This document shows, in pieces, positions 21,605-33,500 of a stretch of 64,000 nucleotides of DNA. The stretch covers positions 224,001-288,000 of the forward strand of contig CAWFGE010000008.1 of the NCBI GenBank assembly GCA_963815195.1. Reading direction: 5' to 3'. The notes beneath the pieces are model-generated. The model had not been told where the DNA came from. It saw only the letters and a program-made list of their open reading frames with translations, and ran no database searches. The position numbers and the translations under genes were made by a program. Position 1 is the first letter of the stretch. Each line of letters opens with the position of its first letter. The stretch comes from an uncultured Planctomycetaceae bacterium. GTDB taxonomy: Bacteria > Planctomycetota > Planctomycetia > Planctomycetales > Planctomycetaceae.

Positions 21605-21674
21605 TGTGAGCGGCACGGCGCTAGCCGCCGGTTCCTCGTACAAAAAACCGGCGGCTAGCGCCGTGCCGCTCACA
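21605..21674. repeat. Perfect 29-bp inverted repeat (REP-like pair)
   Basis: TGTGAGCGGCACGGCGCTAGCCGCCGGTT - 12 nt - its reverse complement; same family as 11029-11118. Confidence 0.85.
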
Positions 21675-21696
21675 GTCTTCTTCCCACTCGAACGGG

Positions 21697-22344
21697 ATGC
21701 CCATCATCATGTCCACCTCCTTTGGCGAGCCGGAGTTGATCGAACAGATTCGGGCGGGGAATTCCGACGCCTGGCAGGCATTGATCGATCGGTTTGAAGG
21801 CCGGCTTCTGGCGTTCGTCAACAGCCGGCTGCGGAACCGCCCGGCGAGCGAAGACGTGGTGCAGGAGACCTTCATGGGCTTCCTGGTGAGCCTGCCCAAC
21901 TACGACGACCGCACGCCCTTGGAGTCGTATCTGTTTTCCATCGCGGCCCATAAGCTGACCGACCAGATGCGCCGCGAAGGCCGGCGGCCGACGATTCCGC
22001 TCGTTCTCAAGGACGAAGACGCCGGCCCCGAACCCCGGGGCAAAGCGCGGCCCGCCTCCAGCCTGGCCCGCAGCCAGGAACGCCGGGTGATCGAGCACAA
22101 CATCATCGGCCGCTGCCTGGGGGATTTGATCGCCGGCTGGCGGGAGCGCGGCGAATACGAGCGGCTCAAGTGCATCGAACTCTTGTTCGTAACCGGCTTG
22201 GCGAACAAGCACGCCGCCCAGCGGCTGGGCATCAGCGAGCAAGCCGTCGCCAACCATAAGCACTTTGTGGTCTCCAAGCTCAAAGACGCCGCCGCCTGGG
22301 CCCGCGTCGAAGACTTCGATCCGGAAGAGTTTGGCGTCAACTGA
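21697..22344 (+). CDS. ECF RNA polymerase sigma factor
   Basis: AWQALIDRF, SEDVVQETF, YLFSIAAHKLTD; region 4 NKHAAQRLGISEQAV. Confidence 0.9.
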   Translation: MPIIMSTSFGEPELIEQIRAGNSDAWQALIDRFEGRLLAFVNSRLRNRPASEDVVQETFMGFLVSLPNYDDRTPLESYLFSIAAHKLTDQMRREGRRPTIPLVLKDEDAGPEPRGKARPASSLARSQERRVIEHNIIGRCLGDLIAGWRERGEYERLKCIELLFVTGLANKHAAQRLGISEQAVANHKHFVVSKLKDAAAWARVEDFDPEEFGVN

Positions 22345-22355
22345 GTCCCGGTCGG

Positions 22356-23114
22356 TTACCGTTCGCGCAAAAAGGAAACCAAGCCCGGGGACAAATCGTC
22401 GTAGGGTCTGGCGGCCGGGGAAGCCGGGGCGTGGAGGAACCGAGCTTTATGAAGATCGTCCGGGAGCATGAGGAGGCTGGACGAGACGGTCCCTCGGCCG
22501 GCCACGCACGGCAGGCACAATGCATCTCCCTCGGCCTCTTCGCCCAAGCCGCAAAAGAGTTGGGCCTCCTGGATCCAGCCTTCAAGCGTCGGCCCTGTTT
22601 GGTGAAACTCGCGGAGCAGGCGGCGAATCCGGCGGATGCGCGGGTCCGCGGGATCGTCCCAATCCCCGTTGGCGACGGCGTGCACTCCGGGCGTGATGGG
22701 TTGGATTTGAAGCGGATCGCCGGCCGAGAACACGAGTCCCCGCTCGCGGGACAGAAGCATCAGGTTGAAGCCAGCGAACTCTTCGCGGTCCTGTTGCCGA
22801 TGAAACTCCGCGACCGCGGCCTCAAACTCGCCTTGCTCCAAAACCTCCCGGCACAACAGGCCCCGCGATTTGGGGCAATTCGGCGGATGCGTTTTCGGGC
22901 GGTTGGTGACGGCCACGATGAGGCCCGTGCGGTTGATTCCCAACCAGGTGCCCCCCGCCCGCAGGTCGCGTCCGCCGAGCCAAGAGCCTAAGGGATTGTG
23001 CCCCTGCGCCACCTCGGGAAAACCACTTGGCCGGTCGATGAATTCTTCCCGATTGGCCAGCACCAACACCGGACAGTTGGGAATTGTCTGGTAAACGACT
23101 GCCAACAAGCACAT
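22356..23114 (-). CDS. NRDE/TANGO2 family protein
   Basis: MCLL, ANREEF..RP, GGTWLG, VTN, SRGLL, GFNL, GTVSS. Confidence 0.88.
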   Translation of the reverse strand: MCLLAVVYQTIPNCPVLVLANREEFIDRPSGFPEVAQGHNPLGSWLGGRDLRAGGTWLGINRTGLIVAVTNRPKTHPPNCPKSRGLLCREVLEQGEFEAAVAEFHRQQDREEFAGFNLMLLSRERGLVFSAGDPLQIQPITPGVHAVANGDWDDPADPRIRRIRRLLREFHQTGPTLEGWIQEAQLFCGLGEEAEGDALCLPCVAGRGTVSSSLLMLPDDLHKARFLHAPASPAARPYDDLSPGLVSFLRER

Positions 23115-23589
23115 CAGATGTTACAATTCGATAGACAGAATTCTCGGTAGCGGGGGTCGCCCGGAGATTTTAAGATATTTTCCGGGCGAGCGAACAACTT
23201 GGAGAATGGCGGGGGTCGGGGAAAATCACAAGAGACCCCTGGAAAAAGCTCCGTATCTCTTGAGCAATTCGTTCAAATACCCCATATTCACCTGACGGAA
23301 CGATGCGACCTGAAATGGCAGTGAATCCCGAGATCGCCCGGGATCTATGGCAAATCCCGCTAGTTTCGCAATCGAGAAACAGATATACTCCACAAGTTAT
23401 TCCAGGCGATGCGTTCCGTATTCCCCTGGAACAAACACACCCTACCCCGAGCCCCTCTGTTTTCACAAGTTGACCATCACCCTCTGAAAGCGGCGTGCGA
23501 TTGGGTTGGGCACGGAAGCCTCGATTCGTAACATCGTTCCCCACAAGTCCTTTCTCTCGATTTTGAATCCTCTACCGGATTGTAGAGTT

Positions 23590-24771
23590 ATGGCACATAC
23601 CACTCCTCATCTTTCCTCCCAGAATCTCGCTTCTCCCGCGCAAAATGAACTGAGGGACACAGTTCCGGTGGCCGTCGCGGAGAAGGTGTCTCCCGCTCCG
23701 ACCAATGGAAACGGAGCCAAGCCCAATGGTTCGGCCAAGCCCGACGCGAAATCGTCGGGCAAACTCTTCAAACTCAGCCGGCGCACGCAGTCGCTGATGG
23801 GCGTGCAAGTTGTGGGGACCGGATCATACCTCCCCAAAACGATCGTCAGCAATCGGGAACTTGAGCAAAAATATGGCATCGAGCAAGGCTGGATCGAGCA
23901 GCGGACCGGGATTTTGAGCCGCCGCCACGCCGCGCCCGGCGAAGCAACCAGCCAGATGTGCACCGAAGCGGCCCGGCGGGCGATTCGCGCGGCCCAGATC
24001 AACAAAAACGACATCGACCTGGTGGTTGTGGGGACGTTCACGCCGGACTACCACTGCCCCTCGACCGCGTGCCTGGTGCAGAATCAACTCAAACTCGACG
24101 CCCCGGCGGTCGATCTGCAAGCCGCGTGCTCGGGGTTCGTTTACGCCCTTGTCACCGCGGCCCAATACGTCGCCACGGGCAACAGCAAGATGGCCTTGGT
24201 CTTGGGCGGCGACACCAACTCGCGGATCGTCGATCCCTGGGACCAGCGGACCGGGCCGTTGTTCGGCGATGGGGCCGGGGCCGTGATTCTGACCAAGGGC
24301 TCGGACAAGCAGGGCCTGGTGTGCTATCAAATGGGCGCCGACGGCAGCGGCGGGCCGCTCTTACAGATTCCCAGCGGAGGCACCGCGGCCCCGTCCCAGG
24401 CGAAAGACCTGGAAAACGGCGGCCTCTATCTCCAAATGGACGGCCGCAGCGTTTTCAAATGGGCGGTCCAAGCCCTGACGGAAACCATTGGGCTGATGCT
24501 CGACACCACCAAACTCTCCGCGAACGATGTGGCCTGCTACCTGATCCACCAGGCCAACATCCGCATCATCAACAACGCCATGCAGCAATTGGGCATTTCG
24601 GAAGACCGGGTGTACAACAACCTCGAAAAATACGGCAACACCTCCGGCGGCTCGATTCCCATCGCCCTCGACGAAGCCCAAAGAGCCAACCGCTTCGACC
24701 GCGGCGACACGCTGCTCTTCAGCGGCTTCGGAGCCGGTCTCACCTGGGGCACCGCGCTCTTCCGCTGGTAG
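23590..24771 (+). CDS. fabH: Beta-ketoacyl-ACP synthase III
   Basis: WIEQRTGI, AACSGF, FGDGAGA, HQANIRI, YGNTSGGSIP, GFGAGLTWG. Confidence 0.93.
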   Translation: MAHTTPHLSSQNLASPAQNELRDTVPVAVAEKVSPAPTNGNGAKPNGSAKPDAKSSGKLFKLSRRTQSLMGVQVVGTGSYLPKTIVSNRELEQKYGIEQGWIEQRTGILSRRHAAPGEATSQMCTEAARRAIRAAQINKNDIDLVVVGTFTPDYHCPSTACLVQNQLKLDAPAVDLQAACSGFVYALVTAAQYVATGNSKMALVLGGDTNSRIVDPWDQRTGPLFGDGAGAVILTKGSDKQGLVCYQMGADGSGGPLLQIPSGGTAAPSQAKDLENGGLYLQMDGRSVFKWAVQALTETIGLMLDTTKLSANDVACYLIHQANIRIINNAMQQLGISEDRVYNNLEKYGNTSGGSIPIALDEAQRANRFDRGDTLLFSGFGAGLTWGTALFRW

Positions 24772-24850
24772 TAAGGCCGGCAAATCAGCCGCGATGGGAA
24801 GGCTGAAAATTAGCCGCAGGGCGCTCGCCCCGGTTCTTTTTCGGCGACTT

Positions 24851-25417
24851 TCAGCAAAAGGCGATGACGACGCCTTGTCCCCGGTTCGCGGCCTGGCTCA
24901 AAAAGGTCCGCAGCGATTCCACGTGTTGAGCCAGGAACTCAAAATCCTCGGCTTCTTCCAGCGTCCAATCCTCGTCGTCAGAATCCTCAAGCTCGATCAG
25001 AATGTGCGAGACGGAATACTCCCAATGATCGGACTCCGCCCGCCGGTCTTCGGAAAGACGCCGGTAGATTCCCTCGTCGGCAGGCCCCATGCGAAACCGG
25101 CGTTCGAGTTCCACGTCCGAAAGCCAGGTCAACGCCTGATGGAATCGCTTGACTTCCTCCGGGCTGAAGAACCGCGGCGGATCGAGGGATGGTTCGACCG
25201 GTTCGAGCACGCAGCCGCCCGTCTGCAGGAAACTCGCCGTCTCGTCGCCGACGGCCGGCGGAAACGACAACACGCGGTGAATCGCCTGCCAGCACGTTTC
25301 CAAATCGCACCACGCCGCCCCGCCGAGCACGCTGCGCCCGAGAACCCACGCGGGATTCGCCTCGAGATCGCCCCGTTCCGCCGCATCCACCGCAAATAGC
25401 CGGCAGTTTTCGCCCAT
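24851..25417 (-). CDS. DUF1877/YfbM-like protein
   Basis: DLETCWQAIHRVL, PPRFFSPEEV, LRTFLSQAA..GQGVV pattern. Confidence 0.65.
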   Translation of the reverse strand: MGENCRLFAVDAAERGDLEANPAWVLGRSVLGGAAWCDLETCWQAIHRVLSFPPAVGDETASFLQTGGCVLEPVEPSLDPPRFFSPEEVKRFHQALTWLSDVELERRFRMGPADEGIYRRLSEDRRAESDHWEYSVSHILIELEDSDDEDWTLEEAEDFEFLAQHVESLRTFLSQAANRGQGVVIAFC

Positions 25418-25552
25418 GTCCCGCTCCAAAAGCCATTCGCGCAAAAGCATCCCAGGCAGAAAACTCGCGCCCTCCTGCAAAATAAAGATAGCTTTTGAAC
25501 GGAGTCGTCGCGGAGATTTCTGCCGAAATCTGCGCGGCCAATGGGGAAACGT

Positions 25553-27676
25553 CTATTTTGCGGCGGGCAGGAACTGCACGGCGTCGATAATGACGTAGCC
25601 GTTTGTTCCTGCATTGGAGATGACGATCTTCGCCGATTCACCGAATGCGAAGGTGCCCACGCCCGTCGTGAGATCGTCGTGTTGGGGCGGCTGTTTTTCG
25701 TTGAGGACGACCTTCGTGGCTTCGCCTTGATGATGGACGGCGATCGGCACGTTCGTCGCGCGGTTTGAGCCGGCGGAATAAGCGATGCGGACCTCATACC
25801 GGCCGGGTTTGAGCTTCGCTTCAAACGTGGCGGTCTTCTCGCCTTTGTTCGCGTTGGCGTCGTGGCGGTAACTGACATCGACAAACTTCCCGAGCGTGGT
25901 GCTCGTGCCCCAGTCGCCGGTCAATTTCGCCTGGCGGTCGTCGATGACGGCCCCTTTAAGATCCTTCGCGGGCACACTGGATGGATGGGTCGATTCCAGA
26001 ATCTGCCCATCGGCGAGCAGTTGTTTCTTCAGGGTGTCATAAGGCAGATCCTGCACGGCGATGTTGTTGTCCATCGACAGCACCGCGGCGGTCGCGGCGG
26101 ATTGGCCCAAGATCATAAACACCGGCTCCATGCGGATCGAACCGTAGGCGATATGGCTCGACGAGACGCACACCGGCACGAGCAGGTTTTCGCACTCGGA
26201 TTTTTTCGGCACGAGCGAACCGTAGCCGATTTCATAAGGCCGGGGCGGTGAGACGCCGATGTCGCCTTCGTTTTGCACATGGCCGTCCGGCGTGACGTAC
26301 CTTTGGACGTTATGCGAATCCATCGTGTAAGACCCCATGCCCACGGAGCCGGGCGTTTCGCGGGTGTCGAGGCAATCGTGTTCGGTCATCACGTATTCGC
26401 CGATCATCCGCCGGGCTTCCCGCACGTAGATCTGATGCGGCCAGTTTCCCGTGTCGGTGAACTCATCTTTCGCGAGCCCCCAGGTCGCCATCTTCTTGCG
26501 GACGTCCGCCGGTACGCGGGGATCGTTGGCGATGAAATACATCAGCCCCTCTTGGTAGGTTTTGTGTTCGCCCAAGATCTCCTGCCGGCGTTCGTAGCTG
26601 GCTTCGGGGTAATCGTAGTTGTAGCCGATGTTGTCCGTGCTGAACGGCCCGTGGTTGTTGGTGTCGGTTTTGTGATTGGGGATCGGATCGAACTTGTTGA
26701 ACGTCTGCCGCCAACCCGCGTTATACACCCGCAGCAAAAGCTCGTACTGTTTGGGGTCGTATTTTTTGGGCTTGGGAAACGGCACGCGGTTTCGGTCATC
26801 GTTCGTCAAACACATGCGGTAGCAATACGCCTGCACGCGGCTGTCGCCTTCGCCTTTGGTTCCCGGCGGATCGGCACTGATGCGGGGCAATAATCCGCTC
26901 GTCGGGTCGCCCGGTTTGGCGTAGGGATCGACCGGTTTTTGAAACCAATGCCCGTGATGCAAGACGCCCACTTGAATCCCGTTCCAATGCTCGCCATACA
27001 CCGAGTTCGCTTCGCGGCCGACGTGGTATTGGACGCCGGCGGCCGCCATCAAGTCGCCTTCGTAGGTCGCATCGATAAACATCTTCCCGCGGTAGGTTTT
27101 GCCGGAGAGCATCTTGATCGCGCGAATCCGCCCGCCGGATTTCTCCACGCCCCCGCCGGGTTTTCGGTCCAGCCATTCCTCGCGGTGCACGGGGATGTTG
27201 TATTCGCGGACGAAATCCTCGTACACGCCAAGGGCGGCGTGCGGCTCGAAGATCCACATTGTCCGCTGGGCCCCATCGATGGCGGGCGTGCCTTGGCCTT
27301 TGTTGCCGTAGTCTTGGCGGTCCTGCCAGGTCCAGGCCTCGTCCTTTTGATAATGTTTCCAGATGCGATGATAGAACTCCCGGCTCAGCCCGCCGATGAC
27401 GGCTTTGTTGCCCGTGTCGGTAAACCCCAAGCCGCCGCTGGTCATCCCGCCCAAATGCCGATCCGGGCAGACGATGATCGCCGACTTGCCCATTTTCTTC
27501 GCCTGGACCGCCGCGATCACGGCCGCGCTGGTTCCGCCGTAAACGACGACATCGTAGCTTTGCCCGGCCGATGCCGGCTTGTCTTCTGCAACAATTCGCG
27601 CGTCTCGGCCCGCGGGAAACACGGCCAGGAAACTTAGGACGGCGGCCAGAAAAAACTTCGGATCAATGCGGTTCAT
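25553..27676 (-). CDS. Secreted FAD-dependent oxidoreductase with C-terminal golvesin/xanthan-lyase-like module
   Basis: DVVVYGGT, GGMTSGGLG, IDATYEGDL, YVREARRM, SIRMEP; C-terminal GRYEVRIAY...GYVIIDAVQF. Confidence 0.85.
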   Translation of the reverse strand: MNRIDPKFFLAAVLSFLAVFPAGRDARIVAEDKPASAGQSYDVVVYGGTSAAVIAAVQAKKMGKSAIIVCPDRHLGGMTSGGLGFTDTGNKAVIGGLSREFYHRIWKHYQKDEAWTWQDRQDYGNKGQGTPAIDGAQRTMWIFEPHAALGVYEDFVREYNIPVHREEWLDRKPGGGVEKSGGRIRAIKMLSGKTYRGKMFIDATYEGDLMAAAGVQYHVGREANSVYGEHWNGIQVGVLHHGHWFQKPVDPYAKPGDPTSGLLPRISADPPGTKGEGDSRVQAYCYRMCLTNDDRNRVPFPKPKKYDPKQYELLLRVYNAGWRQTFNKFDPIPNHKTDTNNHGPFSTDNIGYNYDYPEASYERRQEILGEHKTYQEGLMYFIANDPRVPADVRKKMATWGLAKDEFTDTGNWPHQIYVREARRMIGEYVMTEHDCLDTRETPGSVGMGSYTMDSHNVQRYVTPDGHVQNEGDIGVSPPRPYEIGYGSLVPKKSECENLLVPVCVSSSHIAYGSIRMEPVFMILGQSAATAAVLSMDNNIAVQDLPYDTLKKQLLADGQILESTHPSSVPAKDLKGAVIDDRQAKLTGDWGTSTTLGKFVDVSYRHDANANKGEKTATFEAKLKPGRYEVRIAYSAGSNRATNVPIAVHHQGEATKVVLNEKQPPQHDDLTTGVGTFAFGESAKIVISNAGTNGYVIIDAVQFLPAAK

Positions 27677-27880
27677 GCGGAACGTGTCTCCAAGACTTTT
27701 TCAGGACGACGGCTTCGTGGCAGGCAAATCTGCGGGCCAGAGCGATGGTGGAGATCGCCGGGAAAGGAAAAGGCCAGCCCACTCAACTCAACGAGGACTG
27801 GCCACGAACAATGTTATCATGGGTGGAGGGGATTTGCACGATCAGGCCACGGTTTTGCCGGGGTGCGTGAAACCATTGCA

Positions 27881-30020
27881 TCAGTCGAATGGATTGATGC
27901 CGAGGGTTTGCCGATCCAACCGCAACACAAAAACCTGCCCGTTCGTGTCCGTGCCCCAGATCAGCTTTCGGCGGGGGTCGAACATCAGGCCATCGGAGCG
28001 GCGGTGAGGAAAATCGCGCGTCGTCCTTCCGGCCCGTTGCCCCGTCGCATATTTGATGTCGAGCGTAATCCAGCGGTTCTTTTCAGAGTCGTAAGCGGGC
28101 GTCGGCGTGTGATCGCCGGCGTCTTTCAAATAGGCCCCCAACAGAAGCAGATCGTTTGCGGCATCGTAGCAGCCCTTGTCGATGTTGGAAAACCGCTGGG
28201 CCTGCGCGGCCCGCGGGCGAGAGGGCCTTGACGGTTCCAGTTTTCAGGTCGAGCGACCACACCTGCCCGTCGAAGGGTTTTCCATAACCCAGCGTGTTGA
28301 GCATCAGCACTCGGTCGCGTTTCGCATCGTAGGCGATCGTGGAATTGTCCACATAAGCCCCGGGGAGCGTGTCGCCGGAAAGCTCCAGTTCGAGCCATTT
28401 TCCCGCTTTGTGGTCGTAGCGATGCACGCGGCCGTTCTTGTCCCAGCAGACGACCCCGTGAGGCGTTGCGGTCAAGGTCAGCGTGTAGAAACAACTGTTG
28501 TACTGCATGGCCTGGGGCTTTTCGCCGCGGCCGACCCAATCGCCGGCGTCGGGATCATAAATATAAAAATGCCGCGGCCGGCCCGTCTGGATCATCATCC
28601 GGCTGGGCGGATCGTAGTCGTAATTCTGATAGGTATGGCCGGTCATCCAGGGGCGTTTGTTGAAGTTGAAGCCGTCGGGGTAGCTGGTGTTGCTGTAAAG
28701 CTGACCGAGCGGAAACTCGACGGGGAACGGCAGCTCCCAGCGATTCGTGGCGAAGTGAAACTGCAGAACGTCGGTGCCGCCGTGCGCGGAATGCCCGCCG
28801 CTCCAGCGAAGCATCAGATCGCGATCGGGGTCGATGCGGGCCGTGCCCCAATCGCGATTCAACTGCGGCAAGCGGGGCGGATTCGTGGGCGTCCATTCAT
28901 TCGCGGGAATCGCTTTCAGCCAGGCCTCGAACTTTTCCGCATCGGGACTTGGCCCCTCGAAATAAAACTCGGGATGAAAGGGGCCGGTGCGGTAAACGCG
29001 CGAGTCGGGGGCCACAAGTTGGCCACCGGTCCATGTGTCGGCTTTCAGGTTATAAGTCCATTCCCCGTCATCGAGATCGACATATTGTCCGCTGACATAA
29101 TCGGTGGCGGACGAATACGTGTAACCGGCGGTCATGCGGATCGTGCCGTCGCCTGGAGCTTTCAAGCGATGGTTGGCTCGCGGCGGCGGTGCGGATTCGG
29201 GATGCCGTTGGAACCAGCGCTCGACTTTCGGATCGAAAACCCAGGTGTCATTGGTCAGATAATCCAGATGATCCCCGCCGAACAAAACGTACAGCCCGGT
29301 TTGGGAGTCATAAACCAGCGTCTCACCCTCGGCACCGAAATTGTCTTGGGACCGCCGCGCGGCTCCGCAGTTCATGGCCCGCGCCGGCGGCTCCGCCTCG
29401 AGCGCTTCGGCCGCGATCTCCAATTGAATTTGCGCTCGATGCAAATCGGAAAGCGAATCCGCTTCGGCTCCGTTCTGAAAATCGGGGATCAACTCTCGGG
29501 CACGCGCGAGGTGTTTCTGGGCAAACCGGGCTTGCGATTGCCAATAATTATCGTCCGTGGCGGTCGAGGCTAGCGCAGATTCGAGTTCGCCGAGATCGCG
29601 TTCCCGTTTGGCCAAGGGCATTTTGACTTTGCTCTTTAGAAGCTCCCCAACGTCCGCGGCGGGACGCCCTTGAAAGTACATCGATCGGGCACTCGCAAGA
29701 ATGTTTTTCACCGATTGCCGCTGTGACCAGACTCGTTCGTGCAGATTTTGCAGCGGATCGGCATTGCGGAGTTCGGCGCGAATCGGTTTCCACCGGCCGT
29801 CCATCAGAATCCGCGTATGGGGCCGCCCGTCGTCGGCCATTTGATCTTGCCCGCCAAAGGCCAAGCCCCGGCCTTCCGGCTCGCGGCACGCGGCTCCCCA
29901 AATCACCCGTTGCTTGAGATCCACGCTGTTCAAGCGATAGCTCTTCTGTTGCCCCCTCGCGGCGACGGCCTGAACGAAGATCAAACAAATCACGGTGACG
30001 GCATTATGCGCGATTCTCAT
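27881..30020 (-). CDS. Secreted Kelch/beta-propeller protein (frameshift near 28.2 kb)
   Basis: YVLFGGD..TNDTWVFD and WSGGH repeats; ORF 27881-28141 continues the propeller pattern. Confidence 0.7.
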
Positions 30021-30543
30021 ACGGTCCCCCCGGTTGGAACGATTGGATTGGCGGACTTTTTTCGGCCGCGTTTCATTAAAAGCAACGGCACTCAATTTGT
30101 CCATCAATCGACAGAAAGCCCAGGAGCAGATCGCTCTGCGGCTGGCTGGCCTGGTTGACGTTTCGGCATCAGCAAAGTCACAGCGGGGCGAACGGCTGGT
30201 TCTGGGCCGGGTTCGTTTTTCTTTTTGGTCTGCCGGGCTATGCGGGTTACCGCCTGCATCGCAGTTGGCCGCCGGCCGAACCCTTGCCGGCTCCCACACG
30301 GACGGGGCGGGAAATCTTTGAATAAACTGAAATTAACCTACGTGACCCCGTGGACAAAATCTGGCGAACAAAACCGGGTTCATTCCAGGAATTTCCGCCC
30401 ATGTTTCCGATTCGATTCCGCTTCAAAACTCCTCATATTTAAGGGGAAAGGAGGATCGACTCCTCCGTTTCCATTTCGGCCCCCGGCCATTTGCATTATA
30501 AGAGAATGATTATGGGTCGTGGCTGAAATCACAAAACCCGAGG

Positions 30544-33500
30544 ATGGAGAAGACAGGTGCAGTGTGGCAAAGAAAAAAACGGGCCTCGCGAAAAAAAAGC
30601 GTCCCTCGAAAGGAGAAAGCGCAAACGTCTTCTCGAAAGACATCCGCCCAAAAAACAAAAGAGGCTTCGCGCGGTGAAACCTGTGCGATTGTGGGCATCG
30701 GGGCTTCGGCGGGCGGCTTGGACGCCACCCGGAGATTCTTCGATGCCATGCCGGATGATCCCGGACTGGCGGTGGTTGTCATCCAGCATCTCGATCCCAG
30801 CAAAAAAAGCTACACGCCGGAGTTATTGGTCAAACACACGGCGATGCAGGTCACCGAAGTCTGCGACGATCCGGTGGTCAAACCCAACCGGGTGTATGTG
30901 ATCCCGCCCGGCAAGTATCTGTCGATCGCCCAGGGCGTTCTGCATCTTTCCGAACCGGACGAGCCCCGCGGCCAGCGGCGGGCCATCGATTTCTTTCTGC
31001 GCTCGCTCGCCGAAGACCAGAAGCGACGCGCCGTCGGCGTGATTTTATCCGGGACCGGGACCGACGGCACGCTGGGGATCAAAGCCATCAAGCAGCGGGG
31101 CGGAATGGTGATCGCCCAGGATCCCGCCACCGCCGGCTTCGATAGCATGCCCCGCAGTGCCGTCAACACCGGCGTCGTCGATTATGTCCTGCCCCCCGAG
31201 CAAATCCCCGAAACGCTGGTGCTCTACGCCCGGCATCCCTATGTCTGCGAAGAGGGATCGGCCGAGCGGGAGGACGCCGAGGAAGCTCTCGACACGGAGC
31301 CGGCGGAATCGAAATCGGAGAAACCCGCCGGGCTTGGCCAAATCCTGGCCCTGTTGCGGACGCGCACGCGGCACGATTTCCAGAACTACAAGGAGAACAC
31401 CATCATCCGCCGGACCCACCGGCGGATGTGTTTGTTGCACTTGAACGACTACGCCGATTACCTGGATTACCTCCACGAGCATCCCGCCGAGGTCCTGGCG
31501 CTGGTGAAGGATTTGCTGATCAGCGTCACGGATTTCTTTCGCGATCCCGAAGCCTGGGGCGAGCTTCAGCCGTTGCTGCGGGAACTGATTTCCGGGAAGG
31601 AACCGGAAGCGGCGATCCGGGTCTGGGTGCCGGGCTGCGCGACGGGCGAAGAGGCTTACACCTTGGCCATGCTCATCATGGAAGAGTTGGAGAAGGCCAA
31701 AAAGCCCTGCCCCGTGCAGGTCTTTGCCTCGGACATCGACAACGACGCATTGGAATACGCCCGGCACGGCCGATATCCGGCCAGCATCGAGGCCGATGTT
31801 TCCCCGGAACGGTTCGCGCGGTTTTTCACGAGTGCCGACGGCAGCGAGTATTACCGCGTCGACAAGGCTCTCCGCGAAGCGGTGGTGTTTGCCGACCAGA
31901 ACTTGATCGCCGACCCGCCGTTCTCCAAGCTGGATCTCATCTGCTGCCGAAACGTGTTGATTTATCTCAAGCCGGAGGTGCAGGACAAGATCATCGCCAT
32001 GTTCCATTTCGCATTGGTCGAGGGCGGTATTTTGTTCCTGGGCAGCAGCGAAACAGTCGGCCGGCATAAGGCGCTCTTCGAAACGATCCACAAGCGGTGG
32101 CGGATTTATCGGCGCGTCGGTCCCACGCGATACGATCAGGTGGAGATCCCCGTGTCGGCCGCGTCCGGACCTCGCCACCGGATCAACGAACTGCCCGTGC
32201 CCGGTCACGGCGATCGGAACCATCTGGCGCATTTGGCCCAGCAATATCTGTTGGATTGGCTTGCTCCGCAGGCGATTCTCGTCGATAGAAGCTGGCGGAT
32301 GCTGTATCTGTCGGGGGAACTGGATCGGTATCTTTCGCGCGGGCCGGGGGTGCCGAACGATCATTTGCTGGAGAACTGCCGCCGGGGTTTGCGAACCCGC
32401 TTGCGGAGCGCCGTTCATGAAGCACTGAATGAAAAACAGGCCGTTTCGGTCGTGGCGAAACTGCAGCGGAACAACCAGCTGGAACGCGTGCGAATCACGG
32501 TGCGTCCCATCCCGCAGCGGGACGACCTTCCGGAATTGGCGCTCGTCGTGTTCGAGCCGGGGGCTTCGGAAGACGTGGAACCGGCCGGGAAGAAGCCCCT
32601 CGCCGGGCCGGACAAGCCGACGGCCGCAGAGGAATCTCGTCCGGGCGAACAGCCTCGGGACATGGAACTCGATGAGCATGCCATCTTCAAGCAATTGGAA
32701 GACGAGTTGGCGTCCACGCGCACGGAACTCCAGGCGGCAGTGGAGCAGTTGGAAACGTCCAACGAGGAATACAAGGCGGCCAATGAAGAAGTCATGTCGA
32801 TCAATGAGGAGCTCCAAAGCACGAATGAAGAACTGGAGACCTCGAAGGAAGAGCTCCAGTCGCTGAACGAGGAGTTGAGCACCGTCAATAACCAACTCTC
32901 CGGCAAAGTGGAGGAGTTGGAAACTAAGCATGCCGACCTGAAAAACCTGATTTCGGTGACCGACGTGGCCACCGTCTGCCTGGACACGGACTTGTGCATT
33001 CGCTGGTTTACGCCGGCGTCCAAGACGGTGATTCGCTTGAGCGACACGGATCAAGGCCGGCCGATCAGCGACTTCGCCCACGACTTTGTCGATAGCGATC
33101 TGGTGGCCGCGTGCCGGCGGGTGCTCGACAAGCTGATCCCCGAAGAGTCCGAGGTCGAGTGCCGCGACCACCGCTATTACGTCCGCCGGATCACGCCTTA
33201 TCGCACCGACGACCACCGCATCGGCGGCCTCGTGACGACGTACGTGGACATCACGTCCCGCAAGCAGTTCGAGCAGCAGCTCCAAGAGAGCGAACTGCGG
33301 TTGCGGCGGGCGGCGGAGTCCGCCGAGTTTGGGACTTACGATATCCAGCCTCTCACCGGGGTCGTGCATTGGTCGCCGGAAATGAAGCAGCTTTACGGGC
33401 TGCCTCGGGATGCGGACGTCCCCGTGGGACCGCTGGAAGTTCCTCCCCAAGTCTATCCCGAAGACCGCGAGAAAGTCAGAAAGGCCTGGGAAGCGGCCAC

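Noticed and set aside
23115..23589. AT-richer intergenic region before fabH as an ncRNA or riboswitch
   Set aside because: No recognisable conserved motif or convincing structure; it is consistent with divergent promoters
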